Source of the DNA: Sphagnum compactum
Lineage: Eukaryota
NCBI GenBank assembly: GCA_965153455.1
Contig: OZ234493.1
Span: 12,390,213 to 12,454,212, forward strand
DNA: 64,000 nt
Direction of reading: 5' to 3'
The position numbers and the translations under genes were made by a program. Below are positions 27,769-39,200 of this stretch, piece after piece (the stretch's first letter is position 1; each line of letters opens with the position of its first letter). The notes beneath the pieces were generated by a model. It was not told where the DNA came from and searched no databases. It saw only the letters and a list, made by a program, of their open reading frames with translations.

Positions 27769-28262
27769 GCTGTGACACAAGATTTACAGCAGCTGCAAGA
27801 AGCTCTGGGTTTTTGTTGTTGTTTTCTTTTGGTTTTGGAGCTTGAGGTTTTTGCAACTGAAGCTTGCTTTTCTTCAGCTCGCGATTTCTTGCGTGTTGGT
27901 TTCTTGACTAGTAGTAGTAGTGCGGTTTCTTTGTGGAGAGGCTCTTTGAGCTTCAGAGATCTTTGTTATGGCGTTGTCGCGTTCTTCTTGTTGGGAGATG
28001 CGAGTGCTGTTGAGCTAGTAATAGTAGTAGTTGCGAGAGTTACTTGAGAGCTCTGCTGCTGCTGCTGCTGCTGCTGTTGCTGTGGAGCCTTCGCTTTTGT
28101 CTTCTCTGTAAGCTCTTTGTTTATGAGCGAGCTCCAGTAGCACGTTGTACACACAAAGCAAAGCTTCAATGGTTTTCTGAGCTCTGTGCCTGAGCTTTGT
28201 TGTTTTGATTTCCGAGTTGCTTTCTCGGACCATCTGACAGATTTTTTCTGTTCAGATCAGCA
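27150..28262 (+). promoter_or_regulatory. CpG-rich promoter and long 5' leader of the subtilase, with (GA)n and (CTG)n microsatellites
   Basis: CG-retaining island directly upstream of the subtilase ATG; (GA)n at 27712-27766; (CTG)n at 28053-28082; about 30-bp tandem duplication ACTAGCTCCGAGTGT(GT)TCTTCCTGAACAA at 27461-27518. Confidence 0.55.
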
Positions 28263-30740
28263 ATGAAACGAGCTGAGATTTCGCTGGCCATGGCGCACAG
28301 AACGACGATGGCAGTCTGCATTATTGTCGCAGTAGTTTTGCTCTTGCAGTTATCTTCAATCGCTGCAGAAACTGCGAGCGCGAAGTTCGACTCGTCCAAG
28401 AAGCCGACGAGGACAACATACATTGTGCAGATGTCCGCCTCCTCGATGCCTGCAATCTTCGAGAACGAGCAGGGATGGTACACCTCCGTCCTCAATGCCG
28501 TGAAGCTGCAATCTGTGCAAGAACTGCAAGAAGGCGTTGTTCACGCGCGCAGCACCAAGACGACGACGCCCGGCCAGGAGCTTCTTCTACACATGTACAC
28601 CACCGTCTTCCACGGCTTCTCAGCAATGCTGACGGAATCGGAAGCTCAAGCTCTGAAGAACACGCACGGCGTCTTGGACATGTATCCCGATTCCGTCAAG
28701 CAACTGCACACCACGCACACACCGGAGTTTCTCGGTCTGAATTCGTTGCAAGGACTATGGCCAGAAAGCAGCTATGGAGCCGATGTGATCGTCGGGCTTC
28801 TGGACACGGGGATCTGGCCAGAGAGGTTCAGCTTTGTGGATCAAAGCCTTGGACCGGTGCCTGCGAGATGGAGAGGAGAATGTGAGCCGGGAACCGCATT
28901 CACCGTATCCAACTGCAATCGCAAGCTTATCGGCGCCAAGTTCTTTTGCAAAGGATACGAGGCGATGACAGGACCTATCAACGAGACATTGGAGCTTCGA
29001 TCTCCTCGCGACTCTGATGGCCACGGCACGCACACCGCAAGCACAGCTGCAGGCAGAGATGTCTATCCCGCGAGCTTGCTCGGATACGCCGCAGGTACTG
29101 CCAGAGGAATGGCGCCGGAAGCGAGAATCGCAGCTTATAAAGTCTGCTGGGCGCAAGGATGCTTCGATTCCGATATCCTCGCCGCGTTTGATCAAGCCGT
29201 TCTCGATGGAGTAGACGTGATCTCGCTCTCTGTAGGCGGCGCTGCGGTACCGTACTTCCGCGATTCGATCGCGATCGGAGCTTTCGGGGCGATGAAGAAA
29301 GGGATCTTCGTGGCTTGCTCGGCAGGTAACTCAGGACCTATTCCTCTCTCAGTTTCCAACGTTGCTCCCTGGGTAACAACGGTGGGAGCAAGCACAGTAG
29401 ATCGCAACTTCCCCGCAAACGTGATCCTCTCCAACGGAGAAACGATCCATGGCGTTTCGCTCTACTCTGGACCCGGGCTTGGAGATCAGTCCTTTCCTCT
29501 GATCTACGCAGGCGATGCAGCGGGAAACGGAAGTGATCCTTATAGTGCAAGTTTGTGCATGACTGGTTCTCTGGATCCGGGTGCGATCGCTCGCAAGATC
29601 GTCGTCTGCGACAGAGGTACCACTGCTAGGGTTGCCAAAGGACAGACGGTGCTTGCACTCGGAGGTGCAGGGATGATTCTTGCCAATACGCCAAGCGATG
29701 GTGAGGGACTCATTGCCGATGCTCATGTACTTCCTGCCACAGCTGTCGGGGCGCTAGAAGGTGCAACGATCAAGCATTTAATCAAGAGTAAGAGCCTAAA
29801 CCCTAGTGCGATGCTGACCTTCGGTGGCACGCAGTTGAATGTCAGACCTGCTCCGCTTGTGGCGTCTTTCTCTTCGCGAGGACCCAATCCGCAAACTCCA
29901 GAGATTCTGAAGCCGGATTTGATCGGACCTGGGGTGAACATCCTTGCTGCTTGGACTGGCGATACAGGACCCACAGGACTAGCTCTCGATGACAGAAGAG
30001 TGCGCTTCAACATCATCTCCGGGACTTCCATGTCGTGTCCTCACATCAGCGGATTGGCAGCTTTGCTCAAGGCAGCACATCCGGATTGGAGCTCGGCTGC
30101 CATCAGATCAGCTCTCATGACAACTGCATCCATTTCTGACAACACCCATGCTGTGATGCATGATGAAGCCACAGGGAATGTCTCCACTCCATTTGACTTT
30201 GGAGCTGGCCTTGTGCAACCTCAGAAAGCCACAGATCCAGGTCTGATCTACGACCTTGGAGCTCAGGATTATGTGAACTTCCTCTGCGGTTTGAACTACT
30301 CAGCTCCCACCATTCAGCTCATCACCTCCGAGGTGGCAACCATATGTCCTCCTGCTGCATTGCTTCCTCAAGATCTGAATTACCCTTCTCTCTCAGTTGT
30401 TTTCAATCAACAACCTTCTTCTTCTTCGTCTTCTTCAATCCTGTCTACCACTGTCACAAGAACTGTGACAAATGTCGGCCAAGCTCTAGCTGTGTACACA
30501 GCAACAGTATTGGCGCCTAATGGAGTGAAGATTTCAGTGCTGCCTTCCACACTCTCTTTTGCAGCTGTGAACCAGAAATTGTCTTTCACAGTGCAAGTCA
30601 CTGCCACCACTTCTGCTGCTGCTGCTGTAAACCTTGCCCCTGGTGACTCTTTGACTGTTTTTGGTTTCTTGACTTGGTCAGACAACAACACCCATCTTGT
30701 GCAAAGCCCCATCAGCATCACCATACAACAACCTTTCTAA
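28263..30740 (+). CDS. Subtilisin-like serine protease (plant S8A, SBT1 subfamily-like), intronless, 825 aa
   Basis: Hydrophobic signal peptide; I9 prodomain (TYIVQM...HGFSAML); processing site LHTTHTPEFLGL; catalytic Asp (GLLDTG), His (HGTHTASTAAG), oxyanion Asn (SAGNSGP) and Ser (SGTSMSCPH); PA domain (IVVCDRG); C-terminal Fn3-like domain (DLNYPS...RTVTNVG...FGFLTW). Confidence 0.97.
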   Translation: MKRAEISLAMAHRTTMAVCIIVAVVLLLQLSSIAAETASAKFDSSKKPTRTTYIVQMSASSMPAIFENEQGWYTSVLNAVKLQSVQELQEGVVHARSTKTTTPGQELLLHMYTTVFHGFSAMLTESEAQALKNTHGVLDMYPDSVKQLHTTHTPEFLGLNSLQGLWPESSYGADVIVGLLDTGIWPERFSFVDQSLGPVPARWRGECEPGTAFTVSNCNRKLIGAKFFCKGYEAMTGPINETLELRSPRDSDGHGTHTASTAAGRDVYPASLLGYAAGTARGMAPEARIAAYKVCWAQGCFDSDILAAFDQAVLDGVDVISLSVGGAAVPYFRDSIAIGAFGAMKKGIFVACSAGNSGPIPLSVSNVAPWVTTVGASTVDRNFPANVILSNGETIHGVSLYSGPGLGDQSFPLIYAGDAAGNGSDPYSASLCMTGSLDPGAIARKIVVCDRGTTARVAKGQTVLALGGAGMILANTPSDGEGLIADAHVLPATAVGALEGATIKHLIKSKSLNPSAMLTFGGTQLNVRPAPLVASFSSRGPNPQTPEILKPDLIGPGVNILAAWTGDTGPTGLALDDRRVRFNIISGTSMSCPHISGLAALLKAAHPDWSSAAIRSALMTTASISDNTHAVMHDEATGNVSTPFDFGAGLVQPQKATDPGLIYDLGAQDYVNFLCGLNYSAPTIQLITSEVATICPPAALLPQDLNYPSLSVVFNQQPSSSSSSSILSTTVTRTVTNVGQALAVYTATVLAPNGVKISVLPSTLSFAAVNQKLSFTVQVTATTSAAAAVNLAPGDSLTVFGFLTWSDNNTHLVQSPISITIQQPF

Positions 30741-31804
30741 ACACTCCATAGTCTGGCATCTCTCTCTCGCATCCAGAGGTGCAAAGCGCTGCCATCAGCA
30801 TCATCAGACAGGCAACAATCCTTCTAAACTTAATCTCCGGCATCTCTCTCTCTCTCCTCTCTCTACAATCCCATCATGTCTGTTCCTCACCAGGTTTTGA
30901 AAGCTGATCAGAAGCAAAAGAGTATGCAAAATGAGTGGCAGCAGGGGAGAGATCCGCATACCATCTTTCTAACTCCGTATTTTGCATTTGTTGATCATAT
31001 TTATGACTTTGGTTTTTTCTCCATCTTGCTTGAGGATGATGAGATGATTTCTTCACCCAGCTAATGGAGCTCTGATTTCTCATCTTCTGTACAGGAAATC
31101 TGAGATTGAAAACAACTGAGAGATAATTCAAAAGGGGGAAAAAGATTATTTGGTGAGGATGATAAGGTGACTACACTGACGTTTTAACAATCTGATGACA
31201 ACATGTTGTAGGATTGATTGTACACTAGCTGAAAGAAAAGAGTATTGCCCACTGTCATGTTGCTGCGTTTCTCCAGCCAACCTGTGATGGCGGTGGATTC
31301 AAAAGAGGTGTTCTACCTTGCCACTACAATTCTGATAAGTGTTATCTGCCCAATTCTTTTAGTCGGTGCAGAATGTGTTTCATCTGCCACATTTTTGGTG
31401 ACTGAAATCCAGTCTTCTCTCCAGAGCAAATGTTTTCCTTTTGCTTTCTAGATGCTTTTTCACAGCTTGAAATGATCTCACCCATTGTCTATCCTCCCAG
31501 AGGTTTTTCCTTCAAAGCATTTTGGTTGTTAAGTACTTGTCAGGAACTGTTTTCTCTTGCTGCTGCAACATGATCCCCCTTTGCATTTTTTGTTTTTTTT
31601 GACTTGTGTTTTGCTCAGACATTGGGCTGATTGTTCTATACATATCCACTGTTAGGACTTGATGAAGACAGTGGGTAGTCATGGCAGCTGATCACTGCTA
31701 TTCGTGATGAAGGTGATGGTCTGACCACACTCATTGACGGGTTAGACTTCAAATTGTTGTGGAGATTTTCTCTGCAAATTGCATGAGGATTTTTTATTTA
31801 ACTG

Positions 31805-32147
31805 TTCATTTGTTCTTGCATCAATCTGTTGCTTCTGTGTCTTCTACTGCTACCCGAGCTTCTCTCCTTGACATGGTAGCTTGCATTGTGATTTCAGAGC
31901 TGTTTTCCTTTGCTGGTTCTGTGGCTTCTACTACTACTACCTAAGCTTCTCTTCTTCCTTGACATCGTGGTTTGCATTGTGATTTCAGAGCTGTTTTCTC
32001 TTGCTGAAAATGTGAATGTTTTTGCAATTCAATCTTGTCGGTTCCAGTTTTCTGCTACCCAAGGTTCTCTTCTTCCTTTTGGTTCTGTTTTTTTCTGCTA
32101 CTCAAAGGTTCTTTGACATAGTGGCTTGCATTGTGATTTCAGAGCTA
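31805..32147. repeat. Three copies of CTTGACAT.GT.GCTTGCATTGTGATTTCAGAGCT in a degenerate tandem array
   Basis: Copies at about 31868, 31958 and 32112, downstream of the subtilase. Confidence 0.8.
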
Positions 32148-32697
32148 TGACATGGGGATGTGATTGATGCAAACCTAATTATTGGATGGAAAAAAAAGTT
32201 TCATCTGATCAAACCCTTTGGAGTTAAAGCAACATTAAGTTGAAACTAAATCTTTGGATGAATGAACGAATAAATAAATAAATAAATAACCCACCAACAA
32301 AAAGAGAACACCACCTAAAACAATTTAAAAAAGAAATCCCACTTTCTTTTCAAAAGGAAAGAAATTGTCCTTGAGAGTTCAAGTTAGTCTTTGCATGAGT
32401 GAATGAATGGTCCACCAACAGATGATAAAACACATCCCAAAAGAAATGGCAAAACCCATGTTTGAAAGATAAGAAAGCAATGGCCTTGGCAATAATGCAA
32501 GGTGAAAAAAGGAGCGTTTTCTATTGCACATGTGCTAATGGACCTCAACATTTTAAGCAGATTGAATTTTGGCATTAGGAATAATAAGTACTTTAATTTT
32601 CCATCAAGCTCTAAGAGTGTGTATATGTCAAAAGCCCCCTATTTGTTCCTTATGAACTGAATTTACATAATCAACAAATGAGAAAAGTTAACAAAAT

Positions 32698-32895
32698 AGA
32701 GTTATCTGTAAAGTAACCCTCTCTTCACCCTGTCTTTGAGCCTCCTTTCACTCACTATCCCCTCTTTTCAGTGGTATCCTCAAAGTAAAGACATTTTAGT
32801 AAATCTCAGTATGAAATGCTGCTGATATGCAGTATTTAATGCACAAGGTTGGAGACTAATTATAGTAGTTGTACACTTAGGAGCAGTGAAAATAA
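32698..32895 (+). repeat. About 170-200-bp dispersed repeat, three direct copies
   Basis: TTATC.GTAAAGT.ACCCT...CAGTGGTATC..CAAAGTAA...CAGTATGAAATG.TG...ATGCACAA at about 32698, 33297 and 40288. Confidence 0.8.
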
Positions 32896-34643
32896 GAATG
32901 AAAAAACAACATTGCCAAACATGATAGTCTAGGAATCATTCGCATCATTGTATAACATATCTTATCAATAGGAACATTGCAATCTAGGAATCATTTGCAT
33001 CATTGTGTAGCATATCTTATCACTAGGAATTGTTGCAGCTGATTTCAAGACCTCCTCCTCGCAAGGAATGATATGAAGAGGAAACTCTAATTCTATTTGT
33101 AATTTGCAATCATCCAAAGTTTTGATGAACTTTTTGCCTTCAAAAAATATTTACCAATTGTATCCAAATGCAAATCCTAATTCTTGATTGCAATTTGCAA
33201 CTATTTTACCCACCACTACTCACAATGGACAAAAAAATGGCAAACTATGTATTTATTTTTAGAAAAAGGGTCAGGCAGCATCCATGCTTATGTTATTAGA
33301 CTTATCCGTAAAGTTACCCTCCACTCTGTCTTCTTTGGGCCTCCTTTGACCCCCTATACCCTCTTTCAGTGGTATCTGCAAAGTAAAGCCATTTTAATAA
33401 GTCTCAGTATGAAATGTTGCAACTGAGTATGAAATGCTGATACTCAGCATTTAATGCACAAGGTGTGTATGACCAAACTCAGGGTTCTGGTGCTGTGTTT
33501 TTGTTACTTCACGGATAACTCTAGTACTATGAACATCTTTCATGCGATTGTGGTGCTGACTTCATCCAAAATTTAACATACGTGAAAATTTTATTGTTAT
33601 GGCTAAAGTTGCTCTAACTTTTGTGACACGTCCAAAATCCTCATTTATGTCAATTTTATGCAAGTCTTTTTGGTCTAGTACACAACACACAGATGGGTTT
33701 CTTCAGAAATGGTAGTGACATCCATCTACCCATCCCCACTTTGTTGATTTGATAACAATTTTTCTATGATACAGGAAACCTCCCTTATAATCACGCCATT
33801 TTTTTTGGGGTGACACTAGTGAATTGTGATTTAAATGTGTATAATCACATTCCATATAACCCTTTACAAGATTGTGACAATGCAGCCCCAGTCTAGTGGA
33901 GAGCATCAAATTGATCTCTTGGCCAGCTCAGGCCCATTTTGGTACAGGATCACAGATGCCCCAGACATGCAGAGATAATAATTGGAGAACAACGTAGACA
34001 AAAGTTCTACTGCTTTTTCATCATGCAAAAAGAGGGAATTGAATCACGGGTGTCTCTTCTGGATTTCACAGGGGCAAGGAAGAAGAAACGATACCTGTTA
34101 ACAAAAAAAGAATTGAAGGAAAACCAGGTTGAATCTAATGATCATCTCCAGGAGCAACTCTTGCTCGCTCGCTCACTCACTCACTCACTCACTCGCATCC
34201 AGAGAAAACCTGTAAGCTTGTTTGTTGTGTATATTATTAACCAGGACTACATAATAATACATTGGCATGATATGGTTTAACCATATATCACCACTTCACG
34301 ACAGTAAGTTAGATCAAGTTTAAATCACCATCTGCAAAACTTTGCAATCAATTGAACTGTGTAATCAATCACTTTGGAGTTTGGTGTTGTTGTACCTGCA
34401 AAAGAAGGAAAAACAAAAAAAACACCAGATTTGGGCATTAGACTCTATTAGTAATTCTTTGCCACAAATTTAGCTGACACCCATTTCCCCAATTTACAGA
34501 AAGAAGTCTGTTGTGACTCCTGATTGCACCCAAAAATCAAAAAAAAAAACCTTGTCAAGATCCTGTACAGAAGATCTAGAGATGAAGGGGGGTGGGCTTT
34601 TTTTCTGGTGCTTACCATTGCACCCAAAGTAAGTAAGTAAGCA

Positions 34644-37600
34644 TTATGTCAGAACTGCATTGGCAGTTAACAACAACCCGTGTGCATCAGAATGCTTTTG
34701 TTCTGTTGAGAGGGTGGTTGGTGATGCTGATGCACTGACAATTGGGATATCAACTGGCGGTGATTGTACAGAGTGAATCCTGAAGCTATCATCACTTCCT
34801 GAAGAATCAGGGAAAAATACATAAGCTGATATCGATACTTTTGACCAAGGAGACATAAGTGGTGAGTGTACTAGACTGAAATTTGTACACTCCTCCTGGG
34901 ATGCGCTTTCCGACACTGAGTATGAGATGGGGCTTGATGCACTTGTAATAATAAAGGGATTGCAGCTTTCATCTACTGATCTTGTTCTGCACTCCGAGTG
35001 GTCATCATCTGTGATGCTGCTTGTGATCATGTCCTGATCCAAAGTTGTTTCTCTCTCATTGACCACCAGTGAACTCCTATCTTGAACATGTGTATCTGCC
35101 TCTTGTGTTGCACTGAGATCTTCACTCCAACTTTCCAGAACCTCAGGCAAGTTTACTAAACGAGAGCTGAGAAATTCATGACCAAAACCCACTTGTTGCC
35201 TCCTCTCCTCAAAGCCTGTGCTTTCTTGAAGCTTCTCTTGTTGAAGGCTGGTCAGGGCTTCTTCTGGAGCCTTCTCTCTTTGGGACTCCACGGTATGTGT
35301 CTGACATGCAAACTGGTCGAGAAAAGATGGTGCGAGATCTGTGAGACGACAAGGACTTTGCTTTTCATACCCAAGGTCATCATCCACCTCCCAAAGGTTG
35401 ATGGGTGTGAACCACAGATTCTCCGCTTCTTGGAATCCCAAGCCTCCTTTCTGTTGTTTCATCAAGTACCCTTCAACTCTACTCGAAGCAGCTTCTGGAA
35501 ACTCTTTTTCTTCAAGGCTTGTTCTTTCCTTAGGGAGGTTCCTCCTGTGAAGAAGAAGCCCAAAAACTCCTTCCGACGATGGGACCACATCAGTTTCAGA
35601 ATCCTCCTCCGTGTCTGATGATGCAGTGTCCATTGTAGCCAATGCATCCACAAAAAGTTCTCCATCACTGGCAGACAACTCCCTCTCCTCCTCCTCCTCC
35701 AGAAATGTTTCATCATCCGCATTTGTCTTATTTTTTCCTGGAAATTCCAGGGATGGTCCCTTTGCAAACTCTGCATCCATGGTTCTTGTTTCTTGCTCCA
35801 GTACTGGCATTTGGGGACTAATAGTAGCTCCAGAGACATCGTCCATATTCTTGGTGTGAATGATTGAAGACTGCCGCTTCCTATGACTTTTTGAAAGACA
35901 GCAAAACAGGATTTTTCTTCTCTCAGGAATGGAGGGAAAAGAGTCACCGAATGGTGATGGGTGGTCTTCACAGCCAGTACAACTATGAAAATTCACAAAA
36001 CCAATTGCATCAAAGAGGAACCCACAAGCATTTCTATTAACTTCGGAAATGAGATCATGAGATGGGATTGTAGACCTGAAACACAGAAACGAGCCTTGAA
36101 TTTCTGGTCCAATTTTGCACCATCTGTCGTTTTCCTGAACCTGGGCAAATGATCATACTTTTGTCAGTATCTGACACTAAGTACCCACTCTCTCTCTTTG
36201 CTTGAAATTCATCAGAAAATGAAGAACATAAAATGGTGATGATTCCAGAAACAAAAAACAAACCAGTACTCTTCAACCAGCTGCCACCCACCCTCAAATG
36301 ACAAGCAAAACATCAAGGAAAGCACAGACTGGGTTTTGGGCATTTCAGTAGGCACCTTGTCAGACTGAGATTGGTTGTGCACTTTCCTGAACTCCACCAA
36401 AGAACCCGAACACACTCTTGTATAAAAAGAGGGATCAGTGTAGCGTTTCATACATGCACCTTCCCCTGCCACATCAAACCTGGTGACCACCCAGTCCCCT
36501 CATTCATGATTCATGAGATATTCCTCAGAGTTATGGGATTTGTTTGTGTAGACTTGGGATTTGATTGTTCCTGATGCAGGTGATGGGTACCACCAGAATT
36601 GTAGAATGATCACACAACATATGCAACATAGATCTGCATGCTTGTGACTGACCCATAGCAAGGTTCCGAAAGATGGCTAATTACCTATCTGAAATTTGTT
36701 TCTTGTTGTCTGCTTTCATTTTACTGTAATGGAATAGCCTGAAAGAAGCGAGAAGAGCAGAGAGAGGAATAAGTCTTACTTGTCAAGGAGAAAGAGACGG
36801 GGAGGCCCACGACAGTTGTCATAGAGATTGCGAACAAAATTTGGTAACTCTGATTTGATGAGATTGTTTTGCTTGGTCAACAAGATTGGATGCCACTGAG
36901 CACCTGTCACCCCACCCACAATCACCACCACCAACAACATGTTGCTGCATGTTTTTAGGATGGACAAACAACATCCCAAGAGCTCAATTCAAGAGCTTTA
37001 TGTGAGGCACAAAGACAGAGGAAGTATTTGAAACCCTAAACCCTAAACCATGCACGAGGAAGAAAGCCTGCTCTTGGGTGCTAATCCATTTTCTCGTCTC
37101 TACTTACCTGCAATATAATTATAAGTGAACTGATCAGTGCTGTTTCGCAATTCTTTCTCAATCACTGGCACCTCCGTCTCCAGTTTGAGCAGTCTTGATT
37201 TTAAGCCATTTCCACGCCTCCTCAATGCTGTTAATTGCTCATGAAGCTCACAGAAAATTTCACCAGCAAATCTGTTTCCTCCCCACAATTTTTTCATCCA
37301 TTTCCAGTAAACAGTTTATCAAACAAGAACCCAGGCAGGGATGATGCCTTGAGGAACACAGCATAACTTCCACAGAAAAAACATTATGCACAACTTTGAC
37401 CCCAACATTGTCTCAAGGTTTTAAAGATCTTGTACTGCAAGTGTGCATGACCTAGATTATATTTCTGAATTTTTTTAGAATTCTCCTCACAAACCTTTCT
37501 TTGGAAGAAGAAAATTACTCAAACAAAGAGAATTTGATGACTGGAACCAATACTAGAGAAAGGAAGGGATGGAGGGACATACTCAACAAGGTTACCAAGC

Positions 37601-37803
37601 TGGCGTACAATGCCAACTAAACCTGCAACAGCAACACCCTCCAACAGGCCTTGAGAGGAGGCATCATCAGCAGCAGCTTTAGCATCATCAACATCATCAT
37701 CATCAACACTCCCTGCTGCTGCTGCTGCTCCTCCTGCTGCTCTGAAAAGCTCTGGATTTGCCAAGCTATGCTCACACCTTACCTCATACCTTACCAGAGG
37801 CAT
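34644..37803 (-). CDS. SCAR: SCAR/WAVE-family protein (SCAR homology domain plus long acidic/Ser-rich region), multi-exon
   Basis: Spliced exons with GT-AG and consistent phase: 37803-37583 ([20 protein letters not shown]...[22 protein letters not shown]), 37271-37108 ([13 protein letters not shown]...), 36903-36780 (GAQWHP...[23 protein letters not shown]), 36479 to about 36356 ([18 protein letters not shown]). These are plant SHD motifs. A large last exon from about 36140 or 35996 to 34644 contains the SCAR motif [11 protein letters not shown]. Exon structure between 36356 and about 36000 is uncertain. Confidence 0.88.
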
Positions 37804-38477
37804 TTTCTTCTTCTCATTCAATCCAGCAGCAGCTAGCTTCCTTCCTTTCCTCCTGCAATCCCTTCCTTTCTTCTTCAATTGTGTTTTTTTTTCTTTCTTT
37901 CCCTCCTTCTTCCCAAATTCTGCAACTTTGCAACCACCAATCAATCACCCAACAACTGAAAAAACATCGTCAAACCAAAAGCAAACTCCTCGTTCTTAAA
38001 CCACCTCCATCAGCACACACACATACACAAACACACAAGACATCACCAAAAACCTCAAATCTCTTCTTCTTCTTCTTCTTCTTCTTAACCCATGAAAACC
38101 CCCAGTTTGCTTCCCTACTAACAAAAACACAGATTCAAACCCAAACCAAACAGATTCAATCAAAAACAGATTGAAACATACAGGATTCAACAAACTGATT
38201 TCAGACAAACTGATTTGTTTTTGTACCCAATTTTTGTCTGTTTTGAACATCAAAGTTCAGGAATGTGGATTGATTGATTTTTGTCTACTAGGTACTAGTA
38301 CTACTATTCATAACCCAGTTCAACTAGAACAAGAAGACACTTTCTTCTTCACTTTACAACAAAAAAATCATAAACTTAAGAAAAAGAAGAGAATTGCAAT
38401 TCAATTGCTATTCTTCTTCTTCTTCTTCTTCTTCTTCTTTTCTTCTCTTTTTTGGAGTTTTGTTTGCAATGTTTTCA

Positions 38478-39200
38478 GTTTTGCACATTTTAGGTACCTA
38501 TTCATTTGCATTTGCTTCTTCTTTTTTAACAATCCTTTTGCACATGTACTAGGTACCCATTTGAATCATTTGCCTTGTTTTTCTAAGTCTTTTGCACCTT
38601 TACTAGGTACCCATTTTGCTTCATTTGCTTTGTTTTCAAATCTTTTGCACTTTTATTTGTTACCCATGTGCTTCATTTGCTTTGTTTTTAAATCTTTTGC
38701 ACTTTTATTTGTTACCCATGTGCTTCATTTGCTTTGTTTTTAAATCTTTTGCACTTTTATTTGTTACCCATTTGCATTCATTTGCTTTGTTTTAATTCTT
38801 TTGCACATGTACTAGTACCCATTTGCATCATTTGCTTTGTTTTAATTCTTTTGCACATGTACTAGTACCCATTTGCTTCATTTGCTTTGTTTTCATTCTT
38901 TTGCACATGTACTAGTACCCATTTGCTTCATTTGCTTTGTTTTAAAGTTTTTTGCACTTTTACTAGGTTACCCATTTGCTTCATTTGCTTTGTTTTAATT
39001 CTTTTGCACATGTACTAGTACCCATTTGCTTCATGTGCTTTGTTTTAAAGTTTTTTGCACTTTTACTAGGTTACCCATTTGCTTCATTTGCTTTGTTTTT
39101 TAAAGGATACCCCTTTGCTTCATTTGATATGTTTTAATTCTTTTGTAATTTTACCTAGTAGGTACACCCATTTTGCTTCACTTGCTTTGTAATTTTGAAT
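38478..39200. repeat. 50-52-bp tandem repeat, about 14 copies, upstream of SCAR
   Basis: Unit TTTTGCACATGTACTAGTACCCATTTGCTTCATTTGCTTTGTTTTAATTC with an exact 50-bp period at 38809/38859/38909, plus variants. Confidence 0.95.

Noticed and set aside
29320..29375. Phytaspase (Asp-specific) assignment of the subtilase
   Set aside because: The S1-pocket position after SAGNSGP reads SVSNVAP, without the His typical of phytaspases.
28356..30724. Overlapping and antisense ORFs within the subtilase
   Set aside because: These are shadow ORFs expected in GC-rich coding sequence.
38171..38743. 190-aa hydrophobic ORF
   Set aside because: It is made of (CTT)n and the 50-bp tandem repeat, antisense to the SCAR leader, with no protein-like features.
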